NCBI GenBank assembly: GCA_048213135.1
Contig: PS015053.1
Span: 33,682 to 84,577 of the forward strand
Length of the DNA: 50,896 nt
DNA from: Reclinomonas americana ATCC 50394
Taxonomy: Eukaryota
Direction of reading: 5' to 3'
The number at the start of each line of letters is the position of its first letter. Position 1 is the first letter of the stretch. A model generated the notes under the pieces. The model was not told where the DNA came from. It was given only the letters and a program-made list of their open reading frames with translations, and searched no databases. The translations under genes and the position numbers were made by a program. This document shows positions 1-20,200 of the stretch, piece after piece.

Positions 1-229
1 TTCTCCTCCTCCTCCTTCTCCTCCTCCTCCTCCTCCTCTTCCACCTCCTTATTCTTCTCCTTCGCCTTCTGCTTCTTGGTTTTCTTCTTGTTCTTCTTCA
101 TCTTCTTTGTGTGTTTGTGTGTGTTGCCAGTGTCCACAGTTAGAGTCGTGTTGAGTGAGCGAGGAGAAGAAGCTTGCTCCCTACATGTGACTAATCCGGC
201 TTCTCTCTCTCTCTCTCAACCCAAAACAG

Positions 230-885
230 CGACAGCCTGGAGAGCCCTGCCAGCATCCAGTCGACCCCACGCACCCCACGACGACCAGCCACTCCTCGCG
301 GTGGTGCCTCTGGCAGCTCTGGTGGAGCTGCAGCCGGAGGACGCCAGGAGATCTACTCGCAGCTTCCCATGTACGTCTGTCCGTCTCTCACCCTACGTCC
401 CTTCTTCTATCTCACCCCCGCCCCTCTCGCGCAGTGATGAGGTGTGCAAGATCTACGTCGAATTCTGCAAGCGCCGACTGGAGGAGCACGACCGCCTGGT
501 CGACGCCTTTTACGATCGTCTCGACGAGATGCGACAGCGGAGAGATGTGCTGGCCGCCGCCGCCATGCTTAGTGGACAGCCAGTGGTGCTGGACTACGAC
601 CTGCCGACGTACCCGGTGGTGAATTTTGTGCCGCTGCCCGAGGAAGAGGAGGAATTGCTGCAAAAGGGTCGCCTGATGTTGGCCGCCTGGCGCGCCGGTG
701 CAGAGGAGAGAGTGGCTGCTGCTGCGACGGCGGAGGCCGCACCGGCTGCTGTGCCAGTTGTTGTCGAGGCAGAGGTGAAGCTCAGTGCGCCGCCGCCGGC
801 GCCGAACAAGCCGGTGGTGATTCCTCCAATCGATCTGGCGGCGGCGGCGGCCAGGGCGGCAGCCGAGTTGGAGAAGGAGAGTTGA
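230..885 (+). CDS. 3' part (last two exons) of an uncharacterised protein; 5' end not resolved
   Basis: Exon 230-370 (DSLESPASIQSTPRTPRRPATPRGG...QEIYSQLP) and exon 435-885 (IDEVCKIYVEFCKRRLEEHDRLVDAFYDRLDEMRQRR...ELEKES*) join in frame across a GTACGT...GCAG intron 371-434; GACTAAT branch-like site and pyrimidine tract before 230. No family recognised. Confidence 0.7.
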
Positions 886-919
886 TGGCGGAGGGGGAGG
901 TTGTGGTAAAACGATTTTG

Positions 920-956
<37 letters not shown>

Positions 957-1064
957 GCTGTCTATGCACGTGGGGAAGCATCGTGTTTGTCGTGTTGAGT
1001 CTGGGCAGCTTTGTTTGGTTTTCTTACGATCTGACGAGTGTGCAGTTTCCACTGCATGAGGGAG

Positions 1065-1309
1065 AGAAAAAACAAAGAGACATGCATGCTGCTGGTCATG
1101 GAGAACAGTCGCAGTTGGCGAAGCACCCAAGGTTGCCCAGTTCTCTGACACTCCCTCTCTCCTTCTTCCTCCTCCTCCTCCGCCCTTCACATCACGACTT
1201 GTCACTTTTCATCTTGCTGTTCGGACCAACGAATCTTTATTCTCTCTCTTCGTTTCTTGCATCACGCAGTGCGCGCGTGTGTGCGAAACAACAACAAAGA
1301 CACACACAA
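1065..1309 (+). promoter_or_regulatory. Conserved upstream/5'UTR block of the repeat-domain family
   Basis: Near-identical non-coding block (GCTGGTCATGGAGAACA...CACCCAAGGTTGCCCAG...GTGTGTGCGAAACAAC) before A, B and C; only the proximal ~180 nt precedes D. Function inferred from position; similarity may simply reflect recent duplication. Confidence 0.45.
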
Positions 1310-6819
<5,510 letters not shown>

Positions 6820-7539
6820 NNNNNNNNNNNNNNNNNNNNNNNNNNNNNNNNNNNNNNNNNNNNNNNNNNNNNNNNNNNNNNNNNNNNNNNNNNNNNNNNN
6901 NNNNNNNNNNNNNNNNNNNNNNNNNNNNNNNNNNNNNNNNNNNNNNNNNNNNNNNNNNNNNNNNNNNNNNNNNNNNNNNNNNNNNNNNNNNNNNNNNNNN
7001 NNNNNNNNNNNNNNNNNNNNNNNNNNNNNNNNNNNNNNNNNNNNNACCACCTCAGCGGGTGCGGTTGGAATGCCGTCTTGATGACGATCAGGGTTGTCGG
7101 TTGTCAACGAGTTCGTGACCTTCTCGTTGTGTTTTTTGTCTGCGTCTCTTCCTCGGTGTCCATCGACATGATGCAGCTGCTCATGTGCTCTGTTGTACTC
7201 TGTGCGGAGTTGTTGTCCATTATCACCTCAGCACCCAGCTTCGCCTGATCCATGTTCTCGAGCTCTCCAGGATCCGGGGAGAGAGAGATTCAAAACAAAG
7301 AGACATGAATTGCTGGTCATGGAGAACAATCGCAGCTGACAGTTGACGATGCACCCAAGGTTGCCCAGTTCTCTGACACTCCCTCTCTCCTTCTTCTTCC
7401 TCCTCCCTCCCCTTCCCATAATAGCTTGTCACCTTTCATCTTTGCTGTTCGGATCAACGAATCTTCTGTCTCTCTCTCTTCGTTTCTTTCATCACGCAAA
7501 GCGCGCGTGTGTGCGAAACAACAACAGAGACACACACGA

Positions 7540-10500
7540 ATGGCCTCTCCCCCTCCTCCTCCTCCTCCACCCCCTCACTCAACAACAACAACAGCATCTC
7601 CTTCACTGCCGATGTCTGACTCTTCTCCGTGCGACGATGAGAAAGCAGACGTGATGCTCGTCGACAGCAAGCAGCACGTGACCCGTACGATGATGATGAT
7701 GCATTCCTCCTCTTCCTCCATCAACAGCAACGATGATGATGATGATGCGGAGAAGAAGAGCGCATCGGAGTCATCTGCTCATCGTGGTGTGCCTGCGATG
7801 GCGAGGCGACGAGTGCCTGCCTCNNNNNNNNNNNNNNNNNNNNNNNNNNNNNNNNNNNNNNNNNNNNNNNNNNNNNNNNNNNNNNNNNNNNNNNNNNNNN
7901 NNNNNNNNNNNNNNNNNNNNNNNNNNNNNNNNNNNNNNNNNNNNNNNNNNNNNNNNNNNNNNNNNNNNNNNNNNNNNNNNNNNNNNNNNNNNNNNNNNNN
8001 NNNNNNNNNNNNNNNNNNNNNNNNNNNNNNNNNNNNNNNNNNNNNNNNNNNNNNNNNNNNNNNNNNNNNNNNNNNNNNNNNNNNNNNNNNNNNNNNNNNN
8101 NNNNNNNNNNNNNNNNNNNNNNNNNNNNNNNNNNNNNNNNNNNNNNNNNNNNNNNNNNNNNNNNNNNNNNNNNNNNNNNNNNNNNNNNNNNNNNNNNNNN
8201 NNNNNNNNNNNNNNNNNNNNNNNNNNNNNNNNNNNNNNNNNNNNNNNNNNNNNNNNNNNNNNNNNNNNNNNNNNNNNNNNNNNNNNNNNNNNNNNNNNNN
8301 NNNNNNNNNNNNNNNNNNNNNNNNNNNNNNNNNNNNNNNNNNNNNNNNNNNNNNNNNNNNNNNNNNNNNNNNNNNNNNNNNNNNNNNNNNNNNNNNNNNN
8401 NNNNNNNNNNNNNNNNNNNNNNNNNNNNNNNNNNNNNNNNNNNNNNNNNNNNNNNNNNNNNNNNNNNNNNNNNNNNNNNNNNNNNNNNNNNNNNNNNNNN
8501 NNNCCTCCTCCTCCTCCTCCTCCTCCTCCTGTTGTTCTTGTTCTTGTTCTTGTTCTTCCTCATGGATTGTCGTTGTTTCATTCCCTGTTGCAGAACCAGC
8601 TGGCTTCCTGAAGGACAAGAAGAAGCACACCGACGAGAGCACAGCCGCCATTGCTGCTGCCCGAAGTGACGCGGAGTATCGCACTGAGCAAGGTGCGTCT
8701 CTCTCTCTCTCTCCCTCTCTCTCTCCCTCCCTCTTGCAGTCTTTGGGTTCTCGCGTCACGTGAGGTCTCACCTGGGCCGTGCATGCACACAGCTGCTCTC
8801 CGGGAACACATGGAACACACAGCGATGGAAGGCATCGTCGAGGTACAGTGCCTGTATGTTTCATCCCAGATGAGCATGTCTCTCATTGTAACTCTCTCTT
8901 GGCATGATTGCGCAGCAACTTGCGAGAAGGCATGGAGTCGACTCGTCTCTGGCGGATTGCAGTGAGGACTTGCCTGCACATGACTCAGTTGAGACATCGA
9001 TTCGCAAGCGTTTTCTGGAGGTGAGCTCCGACGTGGCACGCGTCTCACTTTGCCTCTCGCTCGTGCATGCCAGTCGAGACACATGATGGTTTCTCTTCAT
9101 TCTCTGCAGGTGGATGCATCCAGCGATGATGAGCTTGCGCCGCCAAAGAAGAAGAAGGTTTGGATTCTCTGCTGCTGACATTGTTGTGCATCTTCATCGA
9201 TCTGCATTTTGGTTCTTTTGTGTCAATGATGCATGTTGTGGATGCACAGCGTGGCAAGGGTCAAGCTGTGAAGGAGCCAGTGGAGTTGAGCGCAGACGAG
9301 AAGCTGCTGCTGAACAAGCTGCTTGTTGCGTGTACGTGCTTTCTGTCCTCCTTTCTCTTCGGTGCATTCACTGTCCTCTTCGTGCCACTCGCAGCGATCC
9401 AATCGGAAGAGGATCCTGGTGAAGGCATTCGGCCTGATGGCACCGATCTTCCAAGGGTCTACGGTCGTCCACCACCAGAGTGCTCTCTTCGAGATGGCCT
9501 GTGATGAGTGCAGTGTTCCGTCATCGGAGCGGAGTCGCGCGTCATCTGCCGTCAAGTGTGCATTTGGCAAGAAGCTTGGCGCGACTGCAAGTGATTCACG
9601 CCGCAGAACGCCCAAATCTGTAGAAGGTGTGCTCCAGAGCATGAGCAACTACATCGAGGTGAGCAAGCGTGTGTGTCTGTGAACGACCATGACATGTGAA
9701 CCAACATGCAGATGATTGCAATCTGCAGATGAGCCAGCTCAGTGGCGCGGCTCTGGTGGATGCTGTCGAAAGACCATTCATTGTGGTGGATGAGCGCGGG
9801 TATTCGGAGGTGAGTTTGTTTTTTCGTGATCCTCTGTATCTGCTGTGATCACGTCTACTGATCTTCGCTCACTTGGCTTGTGTATGCCAGGGATCGTGGG
9901 AGAGATTGCCAACAGGATTCAAGAACAAGAAAGATCATCTTCTGCCATATGTCGAGCCGGCCATGGATGCATTACGCGAATGCGATGGTCTCATGACTGC
10001 TCTACTTCGAAACAATCACCTCTCTGAGGCGGAGATAGCACGTGCCGTCACGTGGTGTCGATCGAAAGGTCTGCAATCTCATACCGCTGTTGATGTCGCT
10101 TGCACTGGTGTTGATCAGCACCACGCAGATCCTGGCGACGTGAAGATGGTGGTGAAGGAGGAAGAGGAAGAAGAAGATGATGATTATGATGATGACATCA
10201 AAGATGAAGACAATGACATCAAGGTATGCAGCAATAGAGCATGAGTAACAGAGGCTGGGTAACCAGCAGGTACGCTTGGCGTTGTGGACTTCGCCAATCG
10301 TTGATGCCTTGTGTTCGCAGATGGATGCGGGCCGTGGCGATGACGAGGAAGCGAAGCCGAGAAAGGTACGACGATGTCGATGTTTTTGGATGGTTGTGTG
10401 AGGCAGGTGTTGATTGTGGATATTGCTTGGTGTAATTGCAGCGCCTCAAGAGTGGTCGCCATGTATTCGATGCTGACATGAGCAAGGACGAGCAGATGGT

Positions 10501-13500
10501 GCTGGACAGGCTGCATGTTGCGTATGCGTGTCCACAACCCCTCAGCAAGGCTGATTTTCGACTCTGCTGTGTGCCTGTCATTCATTACATCTGATTCGTG
10601 CTCGTGTCTGTGAACAGCGATGCAATAAGAAGAAGATACTGGTGACGGCATTCGGATCCATGGCGCCCATTGTGAAGCCATCCGCAGTCTTGCATCATCA
10701 GCGGGTTCTTTTTGAACTAGCATGCACGGAGTGTGGCATCCCTTCGTCAGGAGCTGGCAGTCCGTCGTCTGTTGTCATGGACTCATTCGGCAAGACTCTT
10801 TGTTCATTCGTCGAAAGGGCACGCACGAAGACGCCCAGGTCAGTTGAAGGAGTGCTCCTGAGCTTGAGCAGCTTTACTGAGGTGAGCATCTGTCCCTGCT
10901 AGCCATATTACGCGACTGGAAAGTGAGCCAACATCATTGCATGCACAACTCTTGCAGAAGAGTGAACTGCGCGGTTCTACTCTGGCGAATGCCATTGAGA
11001 GACCACTGATTTCGGTGGATGAACGTGGCCATTCGGAGGTGCCAAATAATTTCTTGTGCACTCATTACATTTCTTAGTTTGTGTCTACTACTCTCATGCT
11101 TCTTTTTTGATGTCGATCGCGCTGCAGGAATCATGGATGATGATGGAGTTCAAACGGAAGAGCAACGACCCTCTCCTGCCGCTCATCGCCCAAGCCGCGC
11201 ACGCCCTACGTGAGTGTCCTGGGTTGCAGATGTCGCTGCTTCGAAATGGCTGTCTCTCCGAGACGGAGATTTCTCGTGCTTCTGAGTGGTGCAGTGAGAG
11301 AGGTTTGATGGTATAGGGTGCGTTCTACTGCGTGCATGACGTCAGGACTGACAAGCGAGATGCAGCTCTGGTGGAGGCGAAGGTGATGAAGAAAGAAGAG
11401 ATGAAGGAGGAGGAACAGGAGGATTATTCGAGTGACGACAGGGACGAAGATGAGGACGACGGCATGGATGAAGGTGACAGGAGGAAGGTATGACCATGGA
11501 TGATTGGACAAGTGCACGTTGTGGCATCATTTCATCTGTACATGCACAGCGACGAGGGAGTGCAATGAGCAGGGACGAACAGCTGATGCTGGCAAGGCTG
11601 CCTGTTGCGTGTGTTTGCAGTCGGGTGTCCTTGCGTAAATCGTCTTGCTCATTGTGTGTTCATCGCACCACCCATGTGTTTCATGCGCGAGCAGTGCTGT
11701 AATAAGAAGAAGATACTGGTTACGGCGTTTGGCATCATGGCGCCGTGTGTGATAGGATCCACAGTCCGCCAACATCAGCGTGTTCTTGTTGAACTCGCCT
11801 GCAAGGAGTGTGGCATCGTTTCATCGAAAGCAGGCTGTCTTTCGTCGGCAGTTGTGAGCTCATTTGGCAAGAGTCTTTGCCTCTTTGTCAAAAATGCACG
11901 CTACAAGACGCCCAAGTCGGTTGAGGGAGTGCTCCAGATGACGAGCGACTTCATTGAGGTGAGCAGCAACCATCTTCTTCCGCAAGTTTATCAATGATGA
12001 GCGCTAACATGTGTGGCATTACGCAGAAGAGTGAACTGCGCGGTGCGGCTCTGGCGGATGCGATTGAGAGGCCGCTGTTTGTGTTGGATGAACGTGGTCA
12101 TTCGGAGGTGTGTGGCATCCCCGCGCTCAATGTGCTCTGCGCACCCGTTGTTTCTCACGTTCTGTGCTTTTTAAATTCGGATGTCAGGAGTCGTCACTCT
12201 TGCCAGGGATGAAGCGCAACATACAGAATCCTCTTCTGCCATTCGTGGCACAGGCCGTGGATGCTCTTCGCAACTGCCCTGGCCTGCAGACCACTCTTTT
12301 TCGAGACGGCTTTCTGGCTGAAGCTGAGATTGCACATGTTACCGAGTGGTGCAGTGAACGAGGTATGGCTGCGTGACCTTCCGTCATTGCTGCACTGTTT
12401 GTGCACGTATTGACAATCTGGCACAGCCCTGAGGGAGATGGAGATAGTGAAGAAGGAGGAGAAGAGGGAAGAAGAGCAGCGGGATGATGACGACAGCGAG
12501 AGTAAAGATGTCGACGCGAGAGCGAATGGCAGGAGCAAGGTACGCCCGCCACTTCATTTGAATTATTCAAGAGGTGTGTATCTTAACAACTCATGGTGTG
12601 CATGTCACAGAGCCACAACAGTGGTCCGGCAAAGCTAAGCATTAACGAACAACTGATGCTGGTGAAACTGCTTGTTGCGTGTTGCTGTCATCTGTGCTCC
12701 TCACTGACTTCCTCACTCCCAATCACTCATTACACTTACGAACAGGGTTGCAACTGGAAGAGGATATCGGTGAAGGCATTCGGCCTCATGGCACCTGTGG
12801 CCATGCCATCTACTGTCCTCCATCATCAGCGCCTTCTCTTCCAGTTTGCCTGTGATGAATGCGGAATGCCCTCAAAGGGACCTGGCTGTCCGTCATCCGC
12901 TGTCTTGTGTGCACTCGGCAGGAGTCTTGCCGGTAGTGCCGGCACGGCACGCAACACTATGTCAAAGTCGGTGGAGGGTGTACTGGCGAGCGTGAGCAAC
13001 TTCATCGAAGTGAGTGTCTCTGTGTTGACTTTGAATTTCATTCGTGCCTGCTTGTTGATCTGACATTCATGTACATGTAATCATCAGAAAAGCGGTCTTC
13101 GCGGATCCGAGCTGGTGAATGCTGTCGAGAGGCCAATGATTGTGATTGACGAACGTGGTCACTCTGAGGCATGTGGACTGTGATTGTGTGAATCGATGTG
13201 CGTCAATTATGTTGTCTCACTTTCTCGTTTCTCGGGTCGTAGGAATCAGTCAACCTGACGCTGAAAACCGGCAAGCAAAATGTTCTTCTGCCATTCGTCA
13301 CACAGGCCATGCAGGCTCTCCATAACTGTCCTGGCCTGCTTGCCACTCTGCTTCGAGACGGTTTCCTTTCCGAGGCGGAGATTGAACGTGCCGCCGAGTG
13401 GTGCAGTGAGCGAGGTTTGGCTGCGTGACATTCTTTGCTGCACAGTGTGTGCGTGTGCTGACAAAGAGACGACAGCTCTGAAGGAGATGGAAATGATGAA

Positions 13501-14664
13501 GAAAGAGAAGAAGAGAGAGGACGACGAACAGGCGGATGATGACGACGGCAGCGAGAATGAGGACGACGACGGGAAGGGGAAAAGGAGACACAAGGTACGC
13601 CCCTCACTGCTATCTATGAGACGTGAATGATGTGTGCATTTCAAAACTACATGGTTCTCAATCACAGCCTCACAAGAGTGGCCCTGCAAAGTTGAGCGTC
13701 AACGAGCAACTGATGCTCGTGAGACTACATGTTGCGTGTTGTTGTTCCCTCTCTGCTCGGCTCCTCACTCCCACTTACTCCACGCACATGCGAACAGGCA
13801 TGCAACAGGAAGAAGACGCTGGTGAAGGCATTCGGCCTCATGGCTCCCATGGTAGTGGCATCAACGATTCTCCATCATAAGCGCGTTCTCTTCCAGCTTA
13901 CCTGTGACGAATGCGGAATACCGTGTGAGGGACCGGGAAGTCCATCATCTGCAGTCTTGTCTGCATTTGGCAAGAGTCTTGCCAAAAGTGCCAACACGAC
14001 ACGCAACAGGACGCCCAAGTCAGTTGAGGGCGTGCTCGAGAGCGTGTCCAACTTCATCGACGTGAGTATACCAGTGTGTTGTCTCTGTGTCGCCTCCGAA
14101 CGCGACTTGCCGATGACTGATTTGAGTTCATTATATGCGGGATCATCAGAAGAGCGGTCTTCGAGAAGCCGAGCTTGTGAATGCTGTCGAGAGACCACTG
14201 ATTGTGATTGACGAACGTGGCTTCTCGGAGGCATGTATCCTGCATGTGTGGCTCTGTGAATCGATGTTAGCTTGCTCACAATGCGTACTCTCGGCTGGCA
14301 GGAAACAGCAAAGTCGACAAGGACGAGCACCGTGCCGAATGTTCTTCTGCCATTCGTCACGCAGGTCATGCATCTGCTTCGCAACTGTCCCGGCCTGGTG
14401 GCCGCTCTGCTTCGTGACGGGTGCCTTTCGAAGGCGGAGATTGAGCGTGCTGGTGAGTGCTCTCAAATGCACCAGTCTGGGAGCTTCTGTTGTTGTTGCA
14501 TATCGTGCCACCTTCAGCACTGACTCGCATGATTCAGTGCTGGATGACAAGAAGCCGGAGAAGATGGAGGTGGTGAAGAAAGAGGAGAAGGAGGAGGAGA
14601 AGGAGGAGGAGGAAGACGAGGAGGACNNNNNNNNNNNNNNNNNNNNGAGGACGAGGACATGTAG
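7540..14664 (+). CDS. Repeat-domain family paralogue B (5 domain copies)
   Basis: ATG 7540 (MASPPPPPPPP...), same exon series as A; 264-nt core exons 9395-9658, 10618-10881, 11695-11958, 12746-13009, 13798-14061; acidic tail ending EDEDM-TAG at 14662-14664. Gap 7824-8503 hides the end of exon 1 and most of intron 1. Confidence 0.82.
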
Positions 14665-16877
14665 AGCAAGCAGTTCGAGATGAAGATACTGCCGTGAATG
14701 GACGATAATATGCCTGCACCGGTGCGTGGCGAGGGAGGAGCAGCTGGAGGGATGAGGGTCANNNNNNNNNNNNNNNNNNNNNNNNNNNNNNNNNNNNNNN
14801 NNNNNNNNNNNNNNNNNNNNNNNNNNNNNNNNNNNNNNNNNNNNNNNNNNNNNNNNNNNNNNNNNNNNNNNNNNNNNNNNNNNNNNNNNNNNNNNNNNNN
14901 NNNNNNNNNNNNNNNNNNNNNNNNNNNNNNNNNNNNNNNNNNNNNNNNNNNNNNNNNNNNNNNNNNNNNNNNNNNNNNNNNNNNNNNNNNNNNNNNNNNN
15001 NNNNNNNNNNNNNNNNNNNNNNNNNNNNNNNNNNNNNNNNNNNNNNNNNNNNNNNNNNNNNNNNNNNNNNNNNNNNNNNNNNNNNNNNNNNNNNNNNNNN
15101 NNNNNNNNNNNNNNNNNNNNNNNNNNNNNNNNNNNNNNNNNNNNNNNNNNNNNNNNNNNNNNNNNNNNNNNNNNNNNNNNNNNNNNNNNNNNNNNNNNNN
15201 NNNNNNNNNNNNNNNNNNNNNNNNNNNNNNNNNNNNNNNNNNNNNNNNNNNNNNNNNNNNNNNNNNNNNNNNNNNNNNNNNNNNNNNNNCGGGAAGAAGT
15301 TTCACTGTGTTAGCAGCACATACAGACTGCATGTTGTTTGTGAAATAGATGGAGCCTGTCGAAGAAGGAGAAGAAGAAAGCAGAAACCCAAGTGCACCAA
15401 GAGGAACACTTCTGAGCAGCAGCCTTGTGTTGTGAGGCATGTAGTTTGCATGTGAGTTTTCTCTTCGTGCAGCTGACTGGTGTTGTTGTTGTCGTAGGAG
15501 GAAGAGCAAGGCGAGGGGAGGAAGATTGGAACCGGGGACCATCATGCGACTTGCGAGACAAATGAATGCTGCTGTGCGCGCAGCCGCCCGGAGGCATCCA
15601 TTCCATTAGTGATGTTGCTCACTCTCACCAACATCGTACACGAAAATGGCTGTCTTGTTGACCAAGTTTAGCCGTGTTGGGAAACAACGTTCTTCGATGT
15701 TCGTGGCAGTGGCAGAGCAGCACGTCGCTGGTAAAGGATGGCCACAAGCGGGGGAGGGAGGGAGTCACCCATCGATGCGGATGATCAGAAGAAAGTGATG
15801 CTTTTATTGGGACTGTGGATACTCATGCACCTACACTTGACCNNNNNNNNNNNNNNNNNNNNNNNNNNNNNNNNNNNNNNNNNNNNNNNNNNNNNNNNNN
15901 NNNNNNNNNNNNNNNNNNNNNNNNNNNNNNNNNNNNNNNNNNNNNNNNNNNNNNNNNNNNNNNNNNNNNNNNNNNNNNNNNNNNNNNNNNNNNNNNNNNN
16001 NNNNNNNNNNNNNNNNNNNNNNNNNNNNNNNNNNNNNNNNNNNNNNNNNNNNNNNNNNNNNNNNNNNNNNNNNNNNNNNNNNNNNNNNNNNNNNNNNNNN
16101 NNNNNNNNNNNNNNNNNNNNNNNNNNNNNNNNNNNNNNNNNNNNNNNNNNNNNNNNNNNNNNNNNNNNNNNNNNNNNNNNNNNNNNNNNNNNNNNNNNNN
16201 NNNNNNNNNNNNNNNNNNNNNNNNNNNNNNNNNNNNNNNNNNNNNNNNNNNNNNNNNNNNNNNNNNNNNNNNNNNNNNNNNNNNNNNNNNNNNNNNNNNN
16301 NNNNNNNNNNNNNNNNNNNNNNNNNNNNNNNNNNNNNNNNNNNNNNNNNNNNNNNNNNNNNNNNNNNNNNNNNNNNNNNNNNNNNNNNNNNNNNGCCACC
16401 TCAGCGGGTGCGCTTGGAATCCCGTCTCGATGACGATCAGGGTTGTTGGTTTTCAACGAGTTCGTAACCTTCTCGTTGTGTTTTTTGTCTGCGTCTCTTC
16501 CTCGGTATCCATCGCCCTGATGCAGCTGCTCGTGTGCTCTGTTGTCCTCTATGAGGAGTTGTTGTCTTTCACCATCTCAGCACCAGCTTCACCTGACCCA
16601 CGTTCTCTCTGCAAGAAAGAGAGATCCAAAAGAAGAAACATGAATTGCTGGTCATGGAGAACAATCGCAGTTGACAGTTGACGATGCACCCAAGGTTGCC
16701 CAGCTCTCTGACACTCCATCTTCCCTCCACCTCCTCCTCCGCGCTTCACATCACAACTTGTCACCTTTTCATCTTGCTGTTCGAATCAATGAATCCTTCT
16801 TCTCTCTCTCTCTCTTCGTTTCTTGCATCACGCAGTGCGCGCGTGTGTGTGCGGAACAACAACCAAGACGCACACAG

Positions 16878-17230
16878 ATGGCCTCTCGTCGACACCCTCC
16901 TCCTCCTCGTCCTCCTCCTCACCCTAACTCAACAACAACAACAGCAACTCGTTCGCTGCCAATGTCTGCCTCTTCTCCGTGCGACGACGACGAGAAAGCA
17001 GACATAATGCTCATCGACAGCAAGCAGCACGTGACGAAGATGATGATGATGCACTCCTCCTCTTCCTCCATCAACATCAACGATGATGATGATGATGAGA
17101 TGAAGAAGAAAAGCGCATCGTGGTCGTCTGCTCATCGTGGTGTGCCTGCGATGGCGAGGCGACGAGTGCCTCTCTCCTCTTCTTCTTCTTCTTCCACGTC
17201 TGTCACCACCACCAGTGTCACTGCCAAGAA

Positions 17231-17278
<48 letters not shown>

Positions 17279-20200
17279 CTCTCTCTTTCCTTGCGCTTGT
17301 TGCGCTTGTGTGTTGCCGNNNNNNNNNNNNNNNNNNNNNNNNNNNNNNNNNNNNNNNNNNNNNNNNNNNNNNNNNNNNNNNNNNNNNNNNNNNNNNNNNN
17401 NNNNNNNNNNNNNNNNNNNNNNNNNNNNNNNNNNNNNNNNNNNNNNNNNNNNNNNNNNNNNNNNNNNNNNNNNNNNNNNNNNNNNNNNNNNNNNNNNNNN
17501 NNNNNNNNNNNNNNNNNNNNNNNNNNNNNNNNNNNNNNNNNNNNNNNNNNNNNNNNNNNNNNNNNNNNNNNGGTGGCTTCTTGGAGCACAAGAAAAAGAA
17601 GCACACCGACGAGAGCACAGCCGCCATTGCCGCCGCCCGAAGTGACGCGGAGTATCGCACTGATCAGGGTGCGTCTCTCTCTCCCTCTCCCTCCCTCTTG
17701 CAGTCTTTGGGTTCTCGCGTCACGTGATGTCTCAGCTGGGCCGTGCATGCACACAGCTGCTCACCAGGAGCACATGGAACACACAGCGATGGAAGGCATC
17801 GTCGAGGTACAGTGATTGTTTGTGTCATCCCAAGATGAGCATGTCTCTCATTGAACTCTCTCTCTCTCTCTTGGCATGAATACATAGCAACGTGCGAGGT
17901 GGCAGCGAGTCGGTTCGTCTCTTGCGGATCATAGTGAGGACTTGTCTACACATGACTCAGTTGAGACATCGATTCGCAAGCGTTCTCTGGAGGTGAGCTC
18001 CGATGTGGCACGCGTCTCACTTTGCCTCTCGCTCGTGCCTCGCAATTGAATCGTGATTGATGTTATTCTTCATTCGCTGAAGGCGAACGCATCCAGTGAT
18101 GACGAGATTGCACCACCCAAGAAGAAAAAGAAGGTATGAATTCTCTGCTGCTGACATTGTGGTGCATGTTCATCGATCTGCATTTGGGTTCTTTTGTGTC
18201 AACGATGCATGTTGTGGATTCACAGCGTGCCAAGGGTCAAGCTGCCAAAAAGCCAGAGGAGTTGAGCGCAGACGATAAGCTGTTGCTGAACAAGCTGCTT
18301 GTTGCGTGTGCTTGTCACTCTGTCATCATTGCAACCCATCTTGCTCCTCCTCTCTCCTCGTTGCATTCACCATTCTTCGTGTGTCACTCGCAGCGATGCA
18401 ATCGGAAGAGAATTCTGGTGAGGGCATTCGGGTTGATGGCACCGATCGTCCAAGGGTCTACAGTCGTCCACCACCAGAGTGCTCTCTTCGAGATTGCCTG
18501 TGGCGATTGCGGGATTCCATTGTCGGAGCCGGGTCGCGCGTCGTCTGCAGTCAAGTGTGCATTCGGCAAAAGTCTTGGCGTGACTGCCAATGCTTCACGC
18601 GGCAGAACGCCCAAATCTGTAGAAGGTGTGCTGCAGAGCGTGAGCAACTACATCGCGGTGAGCAAGCGTGTGTGCGTATGAATGACCGAGGTATGTGACG
18701 ATGATTGCAATCTGCAGATGAGCCAGCTCAGTTGCGCGGCTCTGGTGAATGCTGTCGAAAGACCACTCATTGTGGTGGATGAGCGCGGGTATTCGGAGGT
18801 GAGTTTGTTTTTTCGTGATCCTCTGCATCTGTTGTGATAGTGTCAGCTGATTTTCGCTCACTATGCTTGCTTGTTACAGGAATCGTGGGAAGTCTTGCGC
18901 CGCTCCAACAAGACCAAAAAAGACTATCTTCAGCCATTTGCCGCACAGGCCATGGATGCAGTGCGCGAGTGCGATGGTCTCATGACTGCTCTGCTTCGAA
19001 ACAATCACCTCTCTGAGGCGGAGATAGCACGTGCCGTCAGGTGGTGCCATTCAAAAGGTCTGCAATCTCTTTTGTCTGTTGGTGTTGCTTGCACTGGTGT
19101 TGATTGGCGCCGCGCAGATTCTGGCGATGTGAAGGTGGTGGTGAAGAAAGAGGAAGAAGAAGATGATGATTATGATGACATCAAAGATGAAGACGATGAC
19201 ACCAAGGTATGCAGCAATAGAGCATGAGTAACAGAGGCTGGCTAACCAGCAAGTAAGCCTGGTGTTGTGGACTTTGCCAATCGTTGATGTCTTGTGTTCG
19301 CAGATGGATGCAGGCAGTGTCGATGACGAGGAAACGAAGCCGAGAAAGGTACGACGATGTCGATGTTTTTGGATGGTTGTGTGAGGCACGTGTAATGATT
19401 GTGGATATTGCATGGGGTTTGCATTTGCAGCTCGACAATCGTGGTTGTTATGCGTCCAGTGGGAATTTGAGCAAGGACGAGCGGATGGTGCTGGACAGAC
19501 TGCATGTTGCGTATGCGTGTCCACAACCCCTAAGCAAGGCTGATTTTCGACTCTGCTGTGTGCCTGTCATTCATTACATCTGATTCGTGCTCGTGTCTGT
19601 GAACAGCGATGCAACAAGAAGAAGATACTGGTGACGGCATTCGGATCGATGGCGCCAATTGTGAAGACATCCGCAGTCCGGCATCATCAGCGGGTTCTGT
19701 TTGAACTCGCCTGCACGGAGTGTGGCATTCCTTCGTCAGGAGCTGCCAGTCCGTCGTCCGCAGTCGTGGACTCATTCGGCAAGAGTCTTGGCAGGGCCGT
19801 CAAGAATACACGCACCAACATGCCCAAGTCTGTTGAAGGAGTGCTCCAGAGCGTAAGCAAATTCATCGAGGTAAGCAAATGTCTGTTCTGTCTATCCCGC
19901 GCGACTGGAATGTGAGCCAACATCGATGCATGTGCAACTCTGCAGAAGGGTGAACTGCGCGGTGCTACTCTGGCAGATGCCATTGAGAGACCACTTATTG
20001 TGGTTGATGAACGGGGCTATTCTGAGGTGTGCCGACTTTCCTTTGTGAGCTCTTGCGTTTCCCGGTTTGTGGCGACTGACTTGCTTCTTTTATTATGTCG
20101 GTCGTGCTGCAGGAATCATGGAGGATGTTGGAGATGAAGCAGAAGAAAAACGATCATCTCCTGCCGTTCATCGCCCAGGTCGCGCAGGCCCTTCGCGAGT

